Assembly: GCA_964187785.1 (NCBI GenBank)
Contig: OZ076409.1
Span: 69,566,001-69,630,000, forward strand
Direction of reading: 5' to 3'
Length of the DNA: 64,000 bases
Source: Amphiscolops sp. MND2022
Lineage: Eukaryota
A program made the translations under genes and the position numbers. This document shows, piece by piece, positions 63,651 to 64,000 of the stretch. The stretch's first letter is position 1. The number at the start of each line of letters is the position of its first letter. Below the pieces are notes generated by a model. It worked only from the letters and a program-made list of their open reading frames with translations. It had not been told where the DNA came from and did not search any database.

Positions 63651-64000
63651 AGAATTGTAACGCTGGCTTGTAGCATCCAATAAGTCAGTAGTATCTTGGC
63701 CTTATATTCTGGGAGTCTCCTGGGCTCAGGTAAATACATCTTGATCTTGGTATGACCACAGGACGTTTGAGTACTGAAAATTTTTCCTCAAAAATAGTTC
63801 TTTTGGGCTTCACCAAATTTGGAATCCAAGTAGTTCAGCAGTAGATCATAGATAATTCTGTTCTACATTCTGACACTCAACAGAATCTGGCACTTGAAAT
63901 TTCTCTGAGTCTGTTTTCAAAGTTTTCAAACCTTCAGACTGCAATCATAAAGGAATCTACTTGAAAGTTTTTCAGTGATACGCCAAATGGAATCAAGGTT

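Overview
Eukaryotic, repeat-saturated DNA with no confidently identifiable host gene; the element content suggests an invertebrate animal (inference). It is a stack of LTR retrotransposons. (1) A large, decayed Ty3/Gypsy element spans <1-26352. Its terminal direct repeat is at least 2.37 kb long (1-2368 / 23951-26352), and gag starts inside that repeat. Between pol and the 3' repeat lies an unusual cargo cassette: an antisense, 8-exon spliced gene (zinc finger plus a hAT-transposase-like body with no visible catalytic motif), a short intergenic array of phased ACGT-N7-ACG motifs, and a divergent acidic ORF rich in SUMO-interacting-motif-like sequences. (2) A very young BEL/Pao element (2999-9559, TSD GCGGG) is inserted in that gag. 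Its single intact 1450-aa ORF has gag, protease and the C-terminal domain but no RT, RNase H or integrase core. (3) A second, truncated BEL/Pao fragment (13681-17539) sits at a junction that appears to join two different Gypsy copies. (4) A 2.56-kb tandem duplication covers the 3' LTR end plus its flank. (5) Two old minus-strand Gypsy relics lie at ~36.6-41.6 kb and ~60.2-63.1 kb. (6) A 7.9-kb LTR element with no gag/pol carries an AT-hook-like ORF (43357-51238). (7) There are also DINE-1/HINE-like short elements, tRNA-like heads, and a long diverged inverted repeat pair. The best candidate for an undescribed system is the Gypsy cargo cassette at 18.9-24.0 kb. All homology calls are by eye and from memory of the families; no searches were run.
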